Positions 43,066 to 55,377 of a stretch of DNA of 64,000 nucleotides are shown here, piece by piece. The notes beneath the pieces are model-generated. The model did no database searches. It was not told where the DNA came from and saw nothing but the letters and a program-made list of their open reading frames with translations. Source of the stretch: Centroscyllium fabricii (Eukaryota); contig JBNRSN020000002.1 in NCBI GenBank assembly GCA_051313645.2, forward strand, positions 539,586,001 through 539,650,000. Reading direction: 5' to 3'. The stretch's first letter is position 1. Each line of letters starts with the position of its first letter. A program made the translations under genes and the position numbers.

Positions 43066-44030
43066 AACATAAGAACGTAAGAAATAGGAGCAGGAGTCGG
43101 CCATTCGGCCCCTCGAGCCTGCTCCGCCACTCAATAAGATCACGGCTGATCTTCTACCTCATCTCCACTTTCCTGCACTATCCCCATATCCCTCGATTCC
43201 CTTAGAGTCCAAAAATCTATCGATCTCTGTCTTAAATATACTCATCGACTGAGTCTCCACAGCCCTCTGGGGTAAAGAATTCCAAAGATTCACCACCCTC
43301 TGAGTGAAGAAATTTCTCCTCATGGAATATTGACCTTTATTGCAAGGGGGCTGGAGTATAAAAGTCGGGAAGTTTTGATGCAACTTTAAGGGCACTGGTG
43401 AGACCGCACCTGGAGTACTGCGTACAGTTTTGGTCTCCATATTTAAGGAAGGATATACTTACATTGGAGGCTGTGCAGAGAAGGTTCACGGGGTTGATTG
43501 CTGGGATGAAGGGGTTGACGTATGATGAAAGGTTGAGCAGGCTGGACCTATACTCACTGGAGTTTAGAAGAATGAGAGGCGATCTCTTTGAAACATATAA
43601 GATTCTGAAGAGGATTGACAAGGTGGATGCTGAGAGGATGTTTCCCCTAGTGGGGGTATCTAGAACTAGGGGGCATAATGTCAGGATAAGGGGTCGCCAA
43701 TTTAAGGAGGAATTTCTTCTCTCAGAGGGTCGTGAATCTTTGGGATTCTCTTCCCCAGAGAGCTGTGGAGGCGGAGTCAGTGAATATATTCAAGGCGGAG
43801 ATTGACAGACATTTGAACTACAGGGGAGTCAAGGGGTATGGGGAGAGAGCGGGTAAGTGGCATTGAGGCCAAGATTGGATCAGCCATGATCTTATTGAAT
43901 GGCGGAGCGGGCTCGAGGGCCCGATGGGCCAACTCCTGCTCCTGTTTCTTACGTTCTTATGCTCCTTATCTTAGTCCTAAATAGCCGAACCCTTATTCTG
44001 AGACTGTGACCCTTGGTTCTAGACTCCCCA
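43066..44030. mobile_element. nested CR1 fragments: a - strand copy interrupted by a + strand copy (~43323-43960)
   Basis: RPHLEYCVQFW ORF on +. The - copy resumes after CTCCTCAT/CTCCTTAT. Confidence 0.8.
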
Positions 44031-44140
44031 GTCACTTTCTTAATAATGAAGAAAATGCCATTTTCTTCTGCTTTAAGCATTGTAGTGCAATTAGGTAAAT
44101 TGCGTTCAATCTGATCATTGCATCACAACAATAATACATT

Positions 44141-44914
44141 GGCCCAGAAATTGGCCTCTGAACGGGTGAGTACGGATGGGGTACTCCCCCGTAGGCCATT
44201 CGAATGTGCCGGTTTCCTGCATGAACTGCGCATGCGCGGGAAACCAGCACTTCCGTTCCCCGAACTAAGGGGTTACGCGGTGAAGCGCGTGCGCGGGAGC
44301 GGCAGCACGTGCGCATTACACTTGCGCTTTTTTTTTTTTTTTTTTTACAGGATTTTACTGTCCGGGTAAGTAAGAAAAAGTTAGAAACGAAAAAAGCAGG
44401 AGTAAGGCCGGCTTTTAACAAGGTAAGTGCTGAATTAATTCAAATTAAAACATTTTTTCCACAGGTTTATTATTTTTAAATACTTTGAAAAAAGGTAAGT
44501 TTATTTTTAGCCCCATTAGGAAAAATAATTAATTTTTTCAAAAATTAAAATTATTGTTTAAAATTATTATTTCATGTAATTTATAGTTATTTCAAAAATG
44601 TGATTTAAAAAAATTTTATTTGAATATTTAGTGATGTTTTGGGGCTTGTAGTTTTCATAGTTTTGACAGCTCTTCCTGTCAAACTTATCAATGGAGTATT
44701 CTCTGCTCCGATTGGCTCTCCGTGGCCCACGTGATCCCAGAGGGTGCATTGCACGAACTGCGCCGCTGGGACACGCGAGCACTGCGCGCCGGCAGTTGGA
44801 GGAGGCCCAGGGATGAAATTCCACGCGGGCCCGCAGCTTAATGGCAGGCGTGCCAGGTAAGTGCAGGTTGGAGGCTTGCACACGCGGGAAGCCTCCGACC
44901 CGAATTTCTGGGCC
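44141..44914 (+). mobile_element. family C MITE
   Basis: TIRs GGCCCAGAAATT / AATTTCTGGGCC; homolog of 32233-33004. Confidence 0.8.
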
Positions 44915-44916
44915 AT

Positions 44917-45566
44917 GGCCCAGAAATTGCAGTCTGCGCATATCGGGTTTAAGCTCTGGTGCGAGCGCACCAGAGCTTAAACCCGCAGGAAGCAGCCGGT
45001 AGCGCACGCTTCGGGTTTTCCTGTGCCACCCAGCGGGGGGGTCGCTGCTTCCTGCGAGGTCCAGCGCAGGAAGCAGCGAACTACGGGATTATCCAGTCAT
45101 TCCGATATTTTTAAAAAGTTTTTCTACAGACCAAGAGCAGAAAATTCAACGCTGGTAAGTATTTTTTTAGACCTGTTGGAAGTTGAAAAAAATTTCTGCA
45201 AATTTTTATTTTTTCTTTAAAATAGGTTTTTTGTGTTAGTTGGGGTAATGTTTAAAAAATGTGGTGTTTGTAAAATTTTATTTTTTTGTTTAGATGTCTT
45301 TTGGGAATCTCTCCTTTCAAAACTCGCACAGATTTCTCTGTGGAAGTTTTGAACGGAGAATTGCTTCCACTGATTGGCTCCCTGCCAATCACGTGGTCTC
45401 AAAAGCCATCTCGCACTAATTACGCCCTTCAGATGCCCATGAAACTCGCATGGAGCTCTGACAGGCTGGGCTAATGGGAATTTCTGAGTGCAAAAAAGCA
45501 AAACTGAATATGGGCAATTAAAGTGCGTTAAGCAGGTACTGAAGGCTCCACTGCAATTTCTGGGCC
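44917..45566. mobile_element. second Harbinger-type MITE abutting the previous one
   Basis: TIRs GGCCCAGAAATTGCAGT / ACTGCAATTTCTGGGCC. Confidence 0.8.
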
Positions 45567-45850
45567 AATCTGTTTTTAGTGGTGTTGGTTGAGGTATAAG
45601 TTTCGGCCAGGATACCAGGGAGAACTCCCCTACTTTTCTTCGAAATAATACCGCAGGATCTTTTACGGCCACCTGAGAGGGCTGGCGAGGACCTCGGTTT
45701 AACGTCTCATCTGAAAGACGGCACCTCAGACAGTGCTGTGTTCCCTCAGCACTGCACTGGAGTGTCAGCGTACATTATGTGCTCAAGTCTCTGGAGCGGG
45801 ACTTGAACCCACAACCTTCTGATTCAGTGCTACCAGCCGAGCTACAACTG
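45567..45850 (-). mobile_element. SacSINE1-like SINE, 5' half
   Basis: Reverse complement of 16869-17160. Confidence 0.75.
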
Positions 45851-46219
45851 ACACCTAAATAAAATGATGTGGGGTCAATCTGATACATGTATCTCCCAAA
45901 TAAGGTGGTGGTGAGCCGCCTTCTTGAACCCCTACAGTCCATGTGGTGAATGTGCTCCCACAATGCTGTTAGGGAGGGAGTTCCAAGATTTTGACCCAGC
46001 AACGATGAAGGAGCGGCCGATATAATTCTAAGTCAAGATGGTGTGTGACCTGGTGGGGTGCTTGGAGGTGGTGGTGTTCTCATCGCTCCTGTTGCCCTTG
46101 TCCTTCTAGATGGTCGAGGTCATGGGTTTGGGAGATGCTGTCAAAGAAGCCTTGGTGAGTTGCTGCAGTGCAATTTGATGGTGCACACTGCCACCGTTGT
46201 CTGCCCTAATCCTTATTCA

Positions 46220-46680
46220 GCTATGAAGAGAGACTGGACAGGCTGGGGTTGTTTTCCTTGGAGCAGAGAAGGCTGAGGGGGGACCTGATTGTGGTGTACA
46301 AAATTATGAGGGGCACAGATAGGGTAGATAGAAAGAAACTTTTTCCCTTAGTAGAGGGGTCAATAACAAGGGGGCATAGTTTCAAGATAAGCGACAGGAG
46401 GTTTAGTTTCAAGGTAAGGGGTGGGAGGTTTAGAGGGGATTTGAGGAAGAACCTTTTCACCCAGAGGGTGGTTGGAATCTGGAACTCACTGCCTGAAAGG
46501 GTGGGAAAGGCAGGAACTCTCACAACATTCAAGAAGCATTTAGATGAACACTGGAAATGCCATAGCATACAAGGCTACGGACCAAGTGCTGGAAAATGGG
46601 ATTAGAATAGACAGGGCTTGATGGCCAGTGTGGACACGATGGGCCAAAGGGCCTCTTTCTGTTCTGTATAACACTATGAC
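46220..46680 (+). mobile_element. 5'-truncated CR1
   Basis: FSLEQRRLRGDL...GYGPSAGKWD. Confidence 0.85.
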
Positions 46681-46689
46681 TCGAAGGTG

Positions 46690-47494
46690 GGGATTTTCCT
46701 GAAGATGCGGGAACCTGGCGGGATTGGTCGGGTCGGGTTTCTGGCTTGCCGCCCAAGGGCCTGGAAACCCGACGCAATTTTCCCCAAATTGGTCAATTTA
46801 TTCCCTGCGTGCGGGGAGCCACTTGCAATTGCCTGACTCGAGTCGGCAACCAACGCGCTGCAGCTGGGAGCGAGGACTTTGAGTGACAGTTCTAGGGACT
46901 GCCTGTTGTCAGTTGCCATGGAAACACTCCATTGTGACATCACAATGGAGTGCAACCAATCGCAAAGCCCAAGTGCTTTGAGTGACAGGTGGACGGACAC
47001 GCTGGAAATCTTTCACAGTTAGGGACCGTCTCTCAATCCATCTGTCAAGATTACTTTTTTAAGGTTTTTCTCCACAGACGGCCCTCAGAAAAGGGAGTCA
47101 CTTACACCTCCAGGGTGTTGAAGGCCTGGAAAGCATTCTGCTCTAGGTCCTTCAATGCCTTGAAGGTGAAAGTGACCAAGGCCACTGTGATCCTGCTGGG
47201 TTTCACCAGCGGGGTTTCAGGATATGGGGGTTTGGGTGGGAAAGGGTTTAAAATAGGTGAGGGCCCTTAAAATGGGATTATCCAGTCCAATTAAGGGCCC
47301 TCAATTAGCTGAACGAGCATCCCTGCCGGCGGCGGGAGGGAAAGATTCGGGACGGCAGGACATGCCGCCCGAAACATACAAGCCGGCGGCGATCCGACAG
47401 GAGGCGGGGGGGGGGGGGGTTGGGACCCCCCGGTTTCACGATTTTAGGCCACGCCGGAAAGCCGCCCTCACAGACCCGCAAAAATTCCCCCCCT
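46690..47494. mobile_element. family B-related MITE
   Basis: GGGGATTTTCC ... AAAATTCCCCCCC ends; similar to the 17692 and 34233 copies. Confidence 0.65.
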
Positions 47495-48291
47495 CTATGA
47501 CCTGTATTTATAGAGCACAATAAAACATCTCAAGGTACTTCACAGGAGTGTTATCAAACAAAATTTGACACTGAGCCCCATAAGGAGCTACAAAGACAGG
47601 TGACCGAAAGTTTGAGCTTAAAGGAGGAGAGATAGGCTGAGAACTTAGGGCCTAGACAGTTGAAGGTGCGGCCGGCAATGATGGGGTGATGGTAATCGGG
47701 GATGCGCCAGAGGCCAGAATTGGAGGAGCGTAGATTACATTCTTTCTGATACAGTGGACCAGCCAATGGGAAAAGAGCAGCACTGATCGTTAAATCAGAC
47801 CTGAACTGCAGTTAAGGTTCAGTCAAGGATTTCAAGCAGCAATGGGGAAGCAAAGCTATCTGATTACTCATCAAATCACTGTAGGTTTGGGCATTACTTG
47901 ATGAGAAAATCCAGTGCAAACCCTTCTTCAAGAACTCAAAGAGAAGAGGCACTTGCTTTGAGCACGGCGCTGAGTTTTTATTTGTTATTGATTAGAATAT
48001 AGTAACAGCCTATCACATGACGGCAATCCTTGGTATTTGAAGAACTAAACATAAAATAGGACCAGAAAATGCTGGAGATACTCAGCAGGTCAGACAGCAT
48101 CTGCGAAGAGAGAAACCGAGTTGACGTTTCAGGTCGATGACTTTCCGTCAGAACTGGGAAAAAAGCAGGAAATGGAACAGATTTTTAAGCAATTGTGGGA
48201 GCTGGGAAAGGGGGGAGGGGATGAAAGAACAGATCTTTTGTTTCTTAACCTGCCCCATTAACATCTCCATTTGCCTTGAATATCACTTAAT

Positions 48292-49053
48292 GGGGGAAAA
48301 ATTGGGTTGTGCCCCCATTTGGGGCACTAACCTCGGCAGGGCGCTACTTTTAGCGCCCCGAAAATATTAACGCCGTTCCGCCTTAAATTGGGTTTCAGCA
48401 CCCCAAGTAGGAGGTGGGGCGCTACTGCAGTTGCCCCACCTCGTTCCTTGGGCGCTACAACTGACGTTCGGGCCACTGTGGGTCGCTGTGCCACGCTCTT
48501 CAGCACGCCGCGCCACGGTACTGCAGGCTACCCTCCCCTTCTTGAAGGGGAGTGGCCTAGCGCGACGTGGCCCGGGGCCCCGCTGGACCGCCGGGGATCG
48601 GTGTGCCGCCAAAGGAGCCCGGCACTCGAGGGAAGCGCCGGGCTCACGGAGCACAGCCAGCACTCCGCGGGGGGGGGGCCATCGGGGAAGGCCGGGGACG
48701 GCAGAGTGGGCAGGTGCTGGCAGTCGGCCAGCAAGAAAAATGGTCGTCCACCCCCCCCCTTTAAATAGCACTGGCCCGGCTGCAACTGCGCCCCCCTGAC
48801 ACTGTCGGAGACAGCGTCCGGCGCTAAGACAGGAGACGCGACTGAAGTTCGCGGCCGGGGCGCAAGCGGGGCGTTTCGCACGGCAATGACATCATCGCTG
48901 GCGGTGCAGCGCCACGGGGTGCTAACGGCTGCCGCCGCCAGTACCCCGCTAAATATCGTGGGAGGCGCCAGCCCAGGCGCTAGGTGCCTTGCGCCCCATT
49001 AGCAGCCCTCTTAGGGCGCTAACGGCTGGCGCAAGCAACCCAATTTCTCCCCC
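48292..49053 (+). mobile_element. family A MITE inserted in a Penelope pLTR remnant (~48050-49120)
   Basis: TIRs GGGGGAAAAATTGGGTTG / CAACCCAATTTCTCCCCC. Degenerate hammerhead motif on - at ~48119-48155. Confidence 0.75.
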
Positions 49054-49379
49054 ATGTCTCTTACCCTCTCCTGCCTTCCATCCTATCACGTACCTTCCCT
49101 TTTGTTCTTTCATCCCCTCAATGATAATTCTGATTGTAACATTTTCACTCTGATTTTGCTAATGGTTGGGACATGAGTCCACGTACCATGACTGGGTAAG
49201 CTTGGTCTCTCTGAAACCACCCTTGCACTCTTCAATGTCCTTTCATTAAGGTAACACAGATGACTGTGTTAAAGTAAAGGCCTTGTGAGAATTTCCTCGG
49301 AAATAGCCCTTGCCCTGTATGATTCTTCACTGGTGGTCACACACCATGTCCACTGACACCGTATCAATGACCTCGGAGG

Positions 49380-50460
49380 CATAGAAACATAGAAACATAG
49401 AAGATAGGAGCAGGAGTAGGCCATTCGGCCCTTCGAGCCTGCTCCGCCATTCAATGAGATCATGGCTGATCTTTCACATTCAGTACCCCATCCCCGCCCT
49501 TTCTCCGTAACCCCTAATCCCCTTAGCCCGAAGAAATATATCCAATTCCCTCTTAAATATATTTAATGAACTGGCCTCCACTGCCCTCTGTGGCAAGGAA
49601 TTCCACAGGTTCACCACTCTCTGGGTGAAGAAATTCTTCCTCATATCTGTCCTAAATGGTTTACCCCTTATCCTTAGACTGTGGCCCCTGGTTCTGGACT
49701 CCCCTGCCATTGGAAACATTCTTTCTGAATCTAACCTGTCCAGGCCTGTCAAAATTTTATATGTTTCGATGAGATCCCCTCTCAATCTTCTAAACTCCAG
49801 CGAGTACAAGCCCAAACTACACAATCTCTCCTTGTAGGTCATTCCTGCCATTCCAGGTATCATCCTGGTGAATCGCCGCTGCACTCCTTCCATGGCAAGA
49901 ACATCCTTCCTCAGATGAGGCGACCAAAACTGTACACAATACTCAAGGTGTGGTCTCACCAGTGCCTTGTACAGCTGTAGTAAGGTATCCTTATTCCTAT
50001 ACTCGAACCCTCTTGATATGAAGGCCAACATACCATTTGCCTTCTTAACCGCCTGTTGCACCTGCATGCTCGCCCTCAGTGACTGGTGCACAAGAACACC
50101 CAGGTCTCTCTGCACTTCCCCATCACCCAATCTATTGCCATTTAAATAATAATCTGCCCTCCTGTTTTTGCCCCCTAAGTGGATAACCTCACATTTATCC
50201 ACATTATAGTGCATTTGCCATGTATCTGCCCATTCCCCCAACTTGTCCAAATCGTACTGGAGCTTCCTGACATCCTCTTCAGAGCCCACCCCCCATCCTA
50301 GTTTAGTGTCGTCTGCAAATTTGGAGATGTTGCATCCAATTCCCTGGTCCAGATCATTAATATATATTGTGAACAGCTGGGGTCCCAGGTCAGATCCCTG
50401 CGGCACCCCACTAGTCACCACCTGCCACTCAGAGAACGAGCCGTTTATTCCAACTCTATC
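49380..50460 (-). mobile_element. 5'-truncated CR1 with an open RT C-terminal ORF (49480-50463)
   Basis: GVPQGS.LGP, FADDTK, RPHLEYC; AAACATAGA tail. Confidence 0.93.
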
Positions 50461-50701
50461 CACGTCAAGTTACGAGGTGAATAAAGGCTTTTATTCGCTA
50501 AAGGTTGGGCATGCACCAGCTAGTCGACTGCTCCCGGAATGAATGGGGGGAGGGAGACAGTCACCTTTATACCTGTCCTGGGAGGAGGAGTCACAGGCGG
50601 GGTTAGCATGGGCATGCCCAGACAGACAGTACACACAGAACTATATACAGTATTACAGGCCGTAGATATATACACATATATACACAAAGTGGTTTACCAC
50701 A
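50461..50701 (-). mobile_element. 3'-truncated LTR of the E1/E2 Gypsy clade
   Basis: Minus strand TGTGGTAAACCAC...TATAAAGG...CATTCATTCC...TTAGCGAATAAAAGCC. Confidence 0.7.
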
Positions 50702-51089
50702 TCCACATTGAGATTTAAAAAAAAACACTTCTGGGGCGATTATAGGGCACAGCATTGTGCATTGGGGCCTGAACGACAAAGTGGGAGCAGGCAATGTCAA
50801 ACGTTTGACCCCAGGATCAAAGTCAGGCCTGAGCCTTTCCTCATCGTACACCCACTTTGAGCAGGGATCACTGGCCAGTGACCATGTGCCGACTTCCACG
50901 CTCCCCTTCTTAACCCAGGACCCCTGAGTCCAATTATGGTGTTCCCACTACCACCCTAATAGACTGACTAACAAAACACAATCAATCAACGAACCTGGGA
51001 CCTTTCTGGCATCATAGAATCACAGAAATTTACGGTACAGAAGGAGGCCATTTGGGGCAATTATGTATGGATGGCTCAGTACCACAGCT

Positions 51090-52100
51090 TGCACGTATGA
51101 GGAGAGATTGGGTCGATTGGGCTTATATTCACGAGAGTTTAGAAGAATGAGAGGGGATCTCATTGAAACTTATAAAATTCTAACAGGACTAGACAGACTA
51201 AATACAGGAAGGATGTTCCCGATGGTGGGGAAAGTCCAGAACCAGGGGTCACAGTCTAAGGATAAGGGATAAGCAATTTAGGACTGAGATGAGGAGGAAT
51301 TTCTTCACCCAAAGAGTGGTGGAATTCTCTGCCACAGAGGGCGGTGGAGGCCAGTTCATTAAATATATTCAAGAAGGAGTTAGATATATCTCTCAAGGCC
51401 CTGTCACACCTAGACGTTTTAGCCAGCATATGCAAATTTGGCTAAAACGCTGGGTTACGTCAGATACGTTATGGGTACGTTATGCATACGTTAAGAGCAC
51501 GCTGGCATACGCTGGCCATAAGTTGCATACGTCGTTGTACTTCGAGTAAGTCGAGAAATTTTGAGCATGCACAAAATTTCTCCACGTATCTTGCGTATGA
51601 TTCACACGTTCCGCATACGCTGGCCATACGTTGTAGGCACGTTAGGCGATCGTTGACACACGTCGACACACGTTACTTGTAAGTTATTCATAAGTTAAAA
51701 GACGTCGAGATAATTTCTCAGCGTACCCGGAACTTATTTCTAACCTATGAGTAACGTGCTTTGAACCTATGTGTAACGTATCTCCAACGCATATTTACGA
51801 CCACAGAACTTACTGAACGTGTTTGCTACCGTATAATGCGTTATGCATACGTCCAACTCGTTATGAATACGCTATTAAACGCCCAAAGTTCAGCGTAACC
51901 CAGCGTTTTAGCCAAATTTGCATATGCTGGCTAAAACGTCTAGGTGTGACAGGGCCTTTAAGGCTAAAGGGATCAAGGAATATGGGGAAAAGGCAGGGAC
52001 CGGATACTGAATTTGGATGATCAGCCATGATCTCATTAAATGGCGGAGCAGGCTCGAGGGGCCAAATGGCCTACTCCTGCTCCTATCTTCTATGTTTCTA
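51090..52100 (+). mobile_element. 5'-truncated CR1 interrupted by a MITE
   Basis: YEERLGRLGLYS...; TTCTATGTTTCTA tail. Confidence 0.85.
51396..51957. mobile_element. PIF/Harbinger-type MITE with ~65-bp TIRs
   Basis: AGGCCCTGTCACACCTAGACGTTTTAGCCAGCATATGCAAATTTGGCTAAAACGCTGGGTTACG and its exact reverse complement; flanks TCA/TTA. Confidence 0.85.
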
Positions 52101-53149
52101 TTTTCCTACTAAGCTATCAGATACCCCTAAATGTGAATTTCTTTTCAACATAGTCCTCTGAAATGGATGGTCCACATTTCTCACGCAAAATCGATAGCAT
52201 TTCTAAGCCTATCATATCCGCTCACGTACTATGAATTATTACGGAAGGGTAGGCATGGGTGTGCAGCTGAAGGTCACCTAGTGACCATGGATTCAGTGCA
52301 TGAGTACAGTAGTTGCTAATATACTCAACAGATAGCACAATTTAACCCGTGAAGTTCTAACATTCATTTCTAATGGCAGAGACCCTATTAGATTCTACAG
52401 CATCACATCAAAGAGATACCCTTCAAATGCAAGGATGAAGAGTATCTGTGATGCTTCTAATTATAGCCACTGATTAATCCAAGGACATTAACCGCACCTT
52501 AATATACAACTGTTTAATTATCCTGCATGTCCTGTCTGTGGTAATATAAATCAGCAGGAAGTTGACAATGGCTAAGAAACATTAATGTAATTGAACAGTT
52601 TTGATGGTGTCATAAATAATCAGAGTGAAGCTTGGGTATTTTACAAATGTCTCCAAGATTGTGAGACTGAATTACTGCCTTAAATCTACTGCCAGACATT
52701 TATTACCGGCAGATCTCCCGCGGCATTGCTCACCGTGAACCAGAAGCAGCTCCAGAGTGCAACGTCTGAAGTGCGACAGGAAGTGTGATGCTTATAGGAA
52801 TCACAGGTTGGAACCACACGTTCACAGCACAGGAGGGGGCCATTCAGCCCATTACCCCTGCGCCAGCAGGAAGTGCATCTATACACAAGACTTTTAATAC
52901 ATTCTGGATGTGGCATGTGTATATTTTTGTTAACCTGCTGTGGGCAGATTAATTGTGTTGGATATAGGAGGCAGGGCAATGAAGATGATCATAGAAAGAT
53001 AGGAACATAGAAAAATCAGAGCAGCAGCAGGATATTCGGCCCTTCGAGCCTGCTCCGCCATTCAACATGATCAGGGCTGATCCTCTTATCTCAATACCAT
53101 ATTCCCACTCTCTCCCCATACCTCTTGATCAGTATATAGAAGCTGAAGA

Positions 53150-53840
53150 TACATGCAGGTACAGCAGGTGATCAGGAAGGCCAATGGAATCTTGTCTTTT
53201 ATTGCAAGGAGGATGGAGTTTAAAAGCAGGGAAGTCTTGCTGCAGTTATACAGGGTACTGGTGAGGCCACATCTGGAATACTGCGTACGGTTTTGGTTTC
53301 CATATTTAAGAAAAGATATACTTGCTGTCGAGGCAGTTCAGAGAAGGTTCACTCAGTTGATTCCGGAGATGAGGGGGTTGACTTATGAGGAAAGGTTGAG
53401 TAGGTTGGGCCTCTACTCATTGGAGTTCAGAAGAGTGAGAGGCGATCTTATCGAAACATATAAGATTGTGAGGGGGCTTGATCAGGTGGATGCGGTGAGG
53501 ATGTTTCCACTGATGGGTGAGACTAGACCTAGGGGGCATAATCTGAGAATAAGAGGCTGCCCTTTCAAAACTGAGATGAGGAGAAACTTCTTCACTCAGA
53601 GGGTAGTAAATCTATTAAATTTGCTACCTCAGAGAGCTGTGGAAGCTGCAACATTAAATAAATTAAAAACGGAGAATGATAGCTTCCTAGCTGATAAGGG
53701 AATAAGGGGTTACGGGGAGCGGGGAGGGAAGTGGACGTGAGTCTAAATTCGGATCAGCCATGATCCTATTGAATGGCGGAGCAGGCCCAAGGGGCCGTAT
53801 GGCCTACTCCCGCTCCTACTTCTTATGTTTGTATGTATTA
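53150..53840 (+). mobile_element. 5'-truncated CR1 (preceded by an inverted CR1 tail at ~52990-53130)
   Basis: ORF 53153-53740 RPHLEYC...FFTQRVV...GYGERGGKW. Confidence 0.9.
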
Positions 53841-54134
53841 TGTTCTTATATATATTATAATAATTAATAATACAGGTTAAAGGAAACTATTAATAAAATA
53901 ACTTGCATGTTAACCAAGATACTGCTCTGCTAAAGCCTGCTAAATGTCTATTCCAATATGCTGATCGCAGTTTGAAAACCAAACCCACCAACCCAATTGA
54001 CCTCTATTATTTTATTTAAATGCATGCTATAAATTATTGGTATGAATTAACAGAATGTTCTTTTCTGAGTTAGAAATTATCCCAGTTTTCTACTCATTAT
54101 TGTTCAGTCACTTACCGTGCCTTTAATTGAAGGT

Positions 54135-54435
54135 TGTGGTAACCGTTATATGTACTCTTATTACCACCTTAATATTGTTACCAATATTACACTGTATGTA
54201 TAGCGGCCGGGTGCATGATACAACTGTTCTGTATTGCGACACTGTCGCGGGGTCAGGTCAGCCACACCTCTAACTCCTCCCCTCAGGTGAGTGCTTTATA
54301 GGTGGGGTCCAACCTGCCCCCATTCATTCTGTACCTGATGTTCGATCGGAGCGTAGCTCCTTTGTAAGCTAATAAAAGTCTTTAGTTAAGGTAACTACGC
54401 GTCTTTAGTTTTATTAGACTATTGACGATACGTCA
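54135..54435 (+). mobile_element. solo LTR of the E1/E2 Gypsy clade
   Basis: TGTGGTAACC...ATTGACGATACGTCA with a perfect 5-bp TSD AAGGT. Confidence 0.92.
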
Positions 54436-55377
54436 AAGGTTAAGACATTTGCAATTACTGTAATTTCTTGAAACTATCCTGGACCGAATCAAACCCTCCC
54501 CTCCCCTCTGCAACTTATTCATTTCTGTATAAAAATAAAATCTAGGCACCAGCGTTCCCCCTAAGGTGCGGGGCCACGCATCAATCCGGAGGTCCCACGC
54601 AGGCCGCTCACCAGCTGTTGCGGCTGAAAGATACCGCGCAGCAAATTTAACGGGACCGCGCACGAGAAAAAAAAACAGAGCAAACATTGCTAGACACAAT
54701 TGTTAACTCTTCAGTTCATTGTCACTATGTTATTATTCATTTATGTCACCTGCTTGGCTGTATGTCTGTCACACACAGATTCTCTCATTCATTTGTCAAA
54801 TTCCGAATTGTCTGTTCACACATGCACACACATAGATTGAAGCATTTCTCAAATACATAAACTCACAATGAGACAGACTCCGACGTCCTCCTCTCTCTCT
54901 CTCGCTAACGGTTACCGCCACTGCTAACCTCATGCTGAATTTCGCGGGAGGCGTTGACGGTGCCGCGCCCAGGCGCTAGTTGCTTTGCGCCCCGTTAGCA
55001 CCCTCTTAAGGCGCCAGCGGGAGGCGCAAAGCAACCGAATATCTCCCCCGTGCTGTTAGATTTGCATCAAAAGGTGTTTGGAACTTGGATTGATCAAGGA
55101 CAACTGTTTGTAAAAGAAAGAAGGCTCTATAACGGTAGGGCCCTGTAATTCTGGACTGTAACCTTCTGCCCCACTTACTACCCTCAAACCAGCCTGAACG
55201 CTATTCCTCCCTCCCTCCCTCCCCACACACGCTACCCCACTTGTCAACCACCAGCCCCACATCTGGTTCAGTCTTACCCTAGCCAGACACTATCTTCAGC
55301 CAACACCCTGACTTTCTGCCCCAACACCAACCCCAGGCATTTATCTTTGAATATAACATAAATATTTCATACATTTC

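Noticed and set aside
52734-52790. Possible upstream FRMPD2 exon ending CG|GTGAGC (similarly CG|GTAAGT at ~54116)
   Set aside because: Donor-like sites only, with no recognisable peptide or clear acceptor; the second would be interrupted by a solo LTR.
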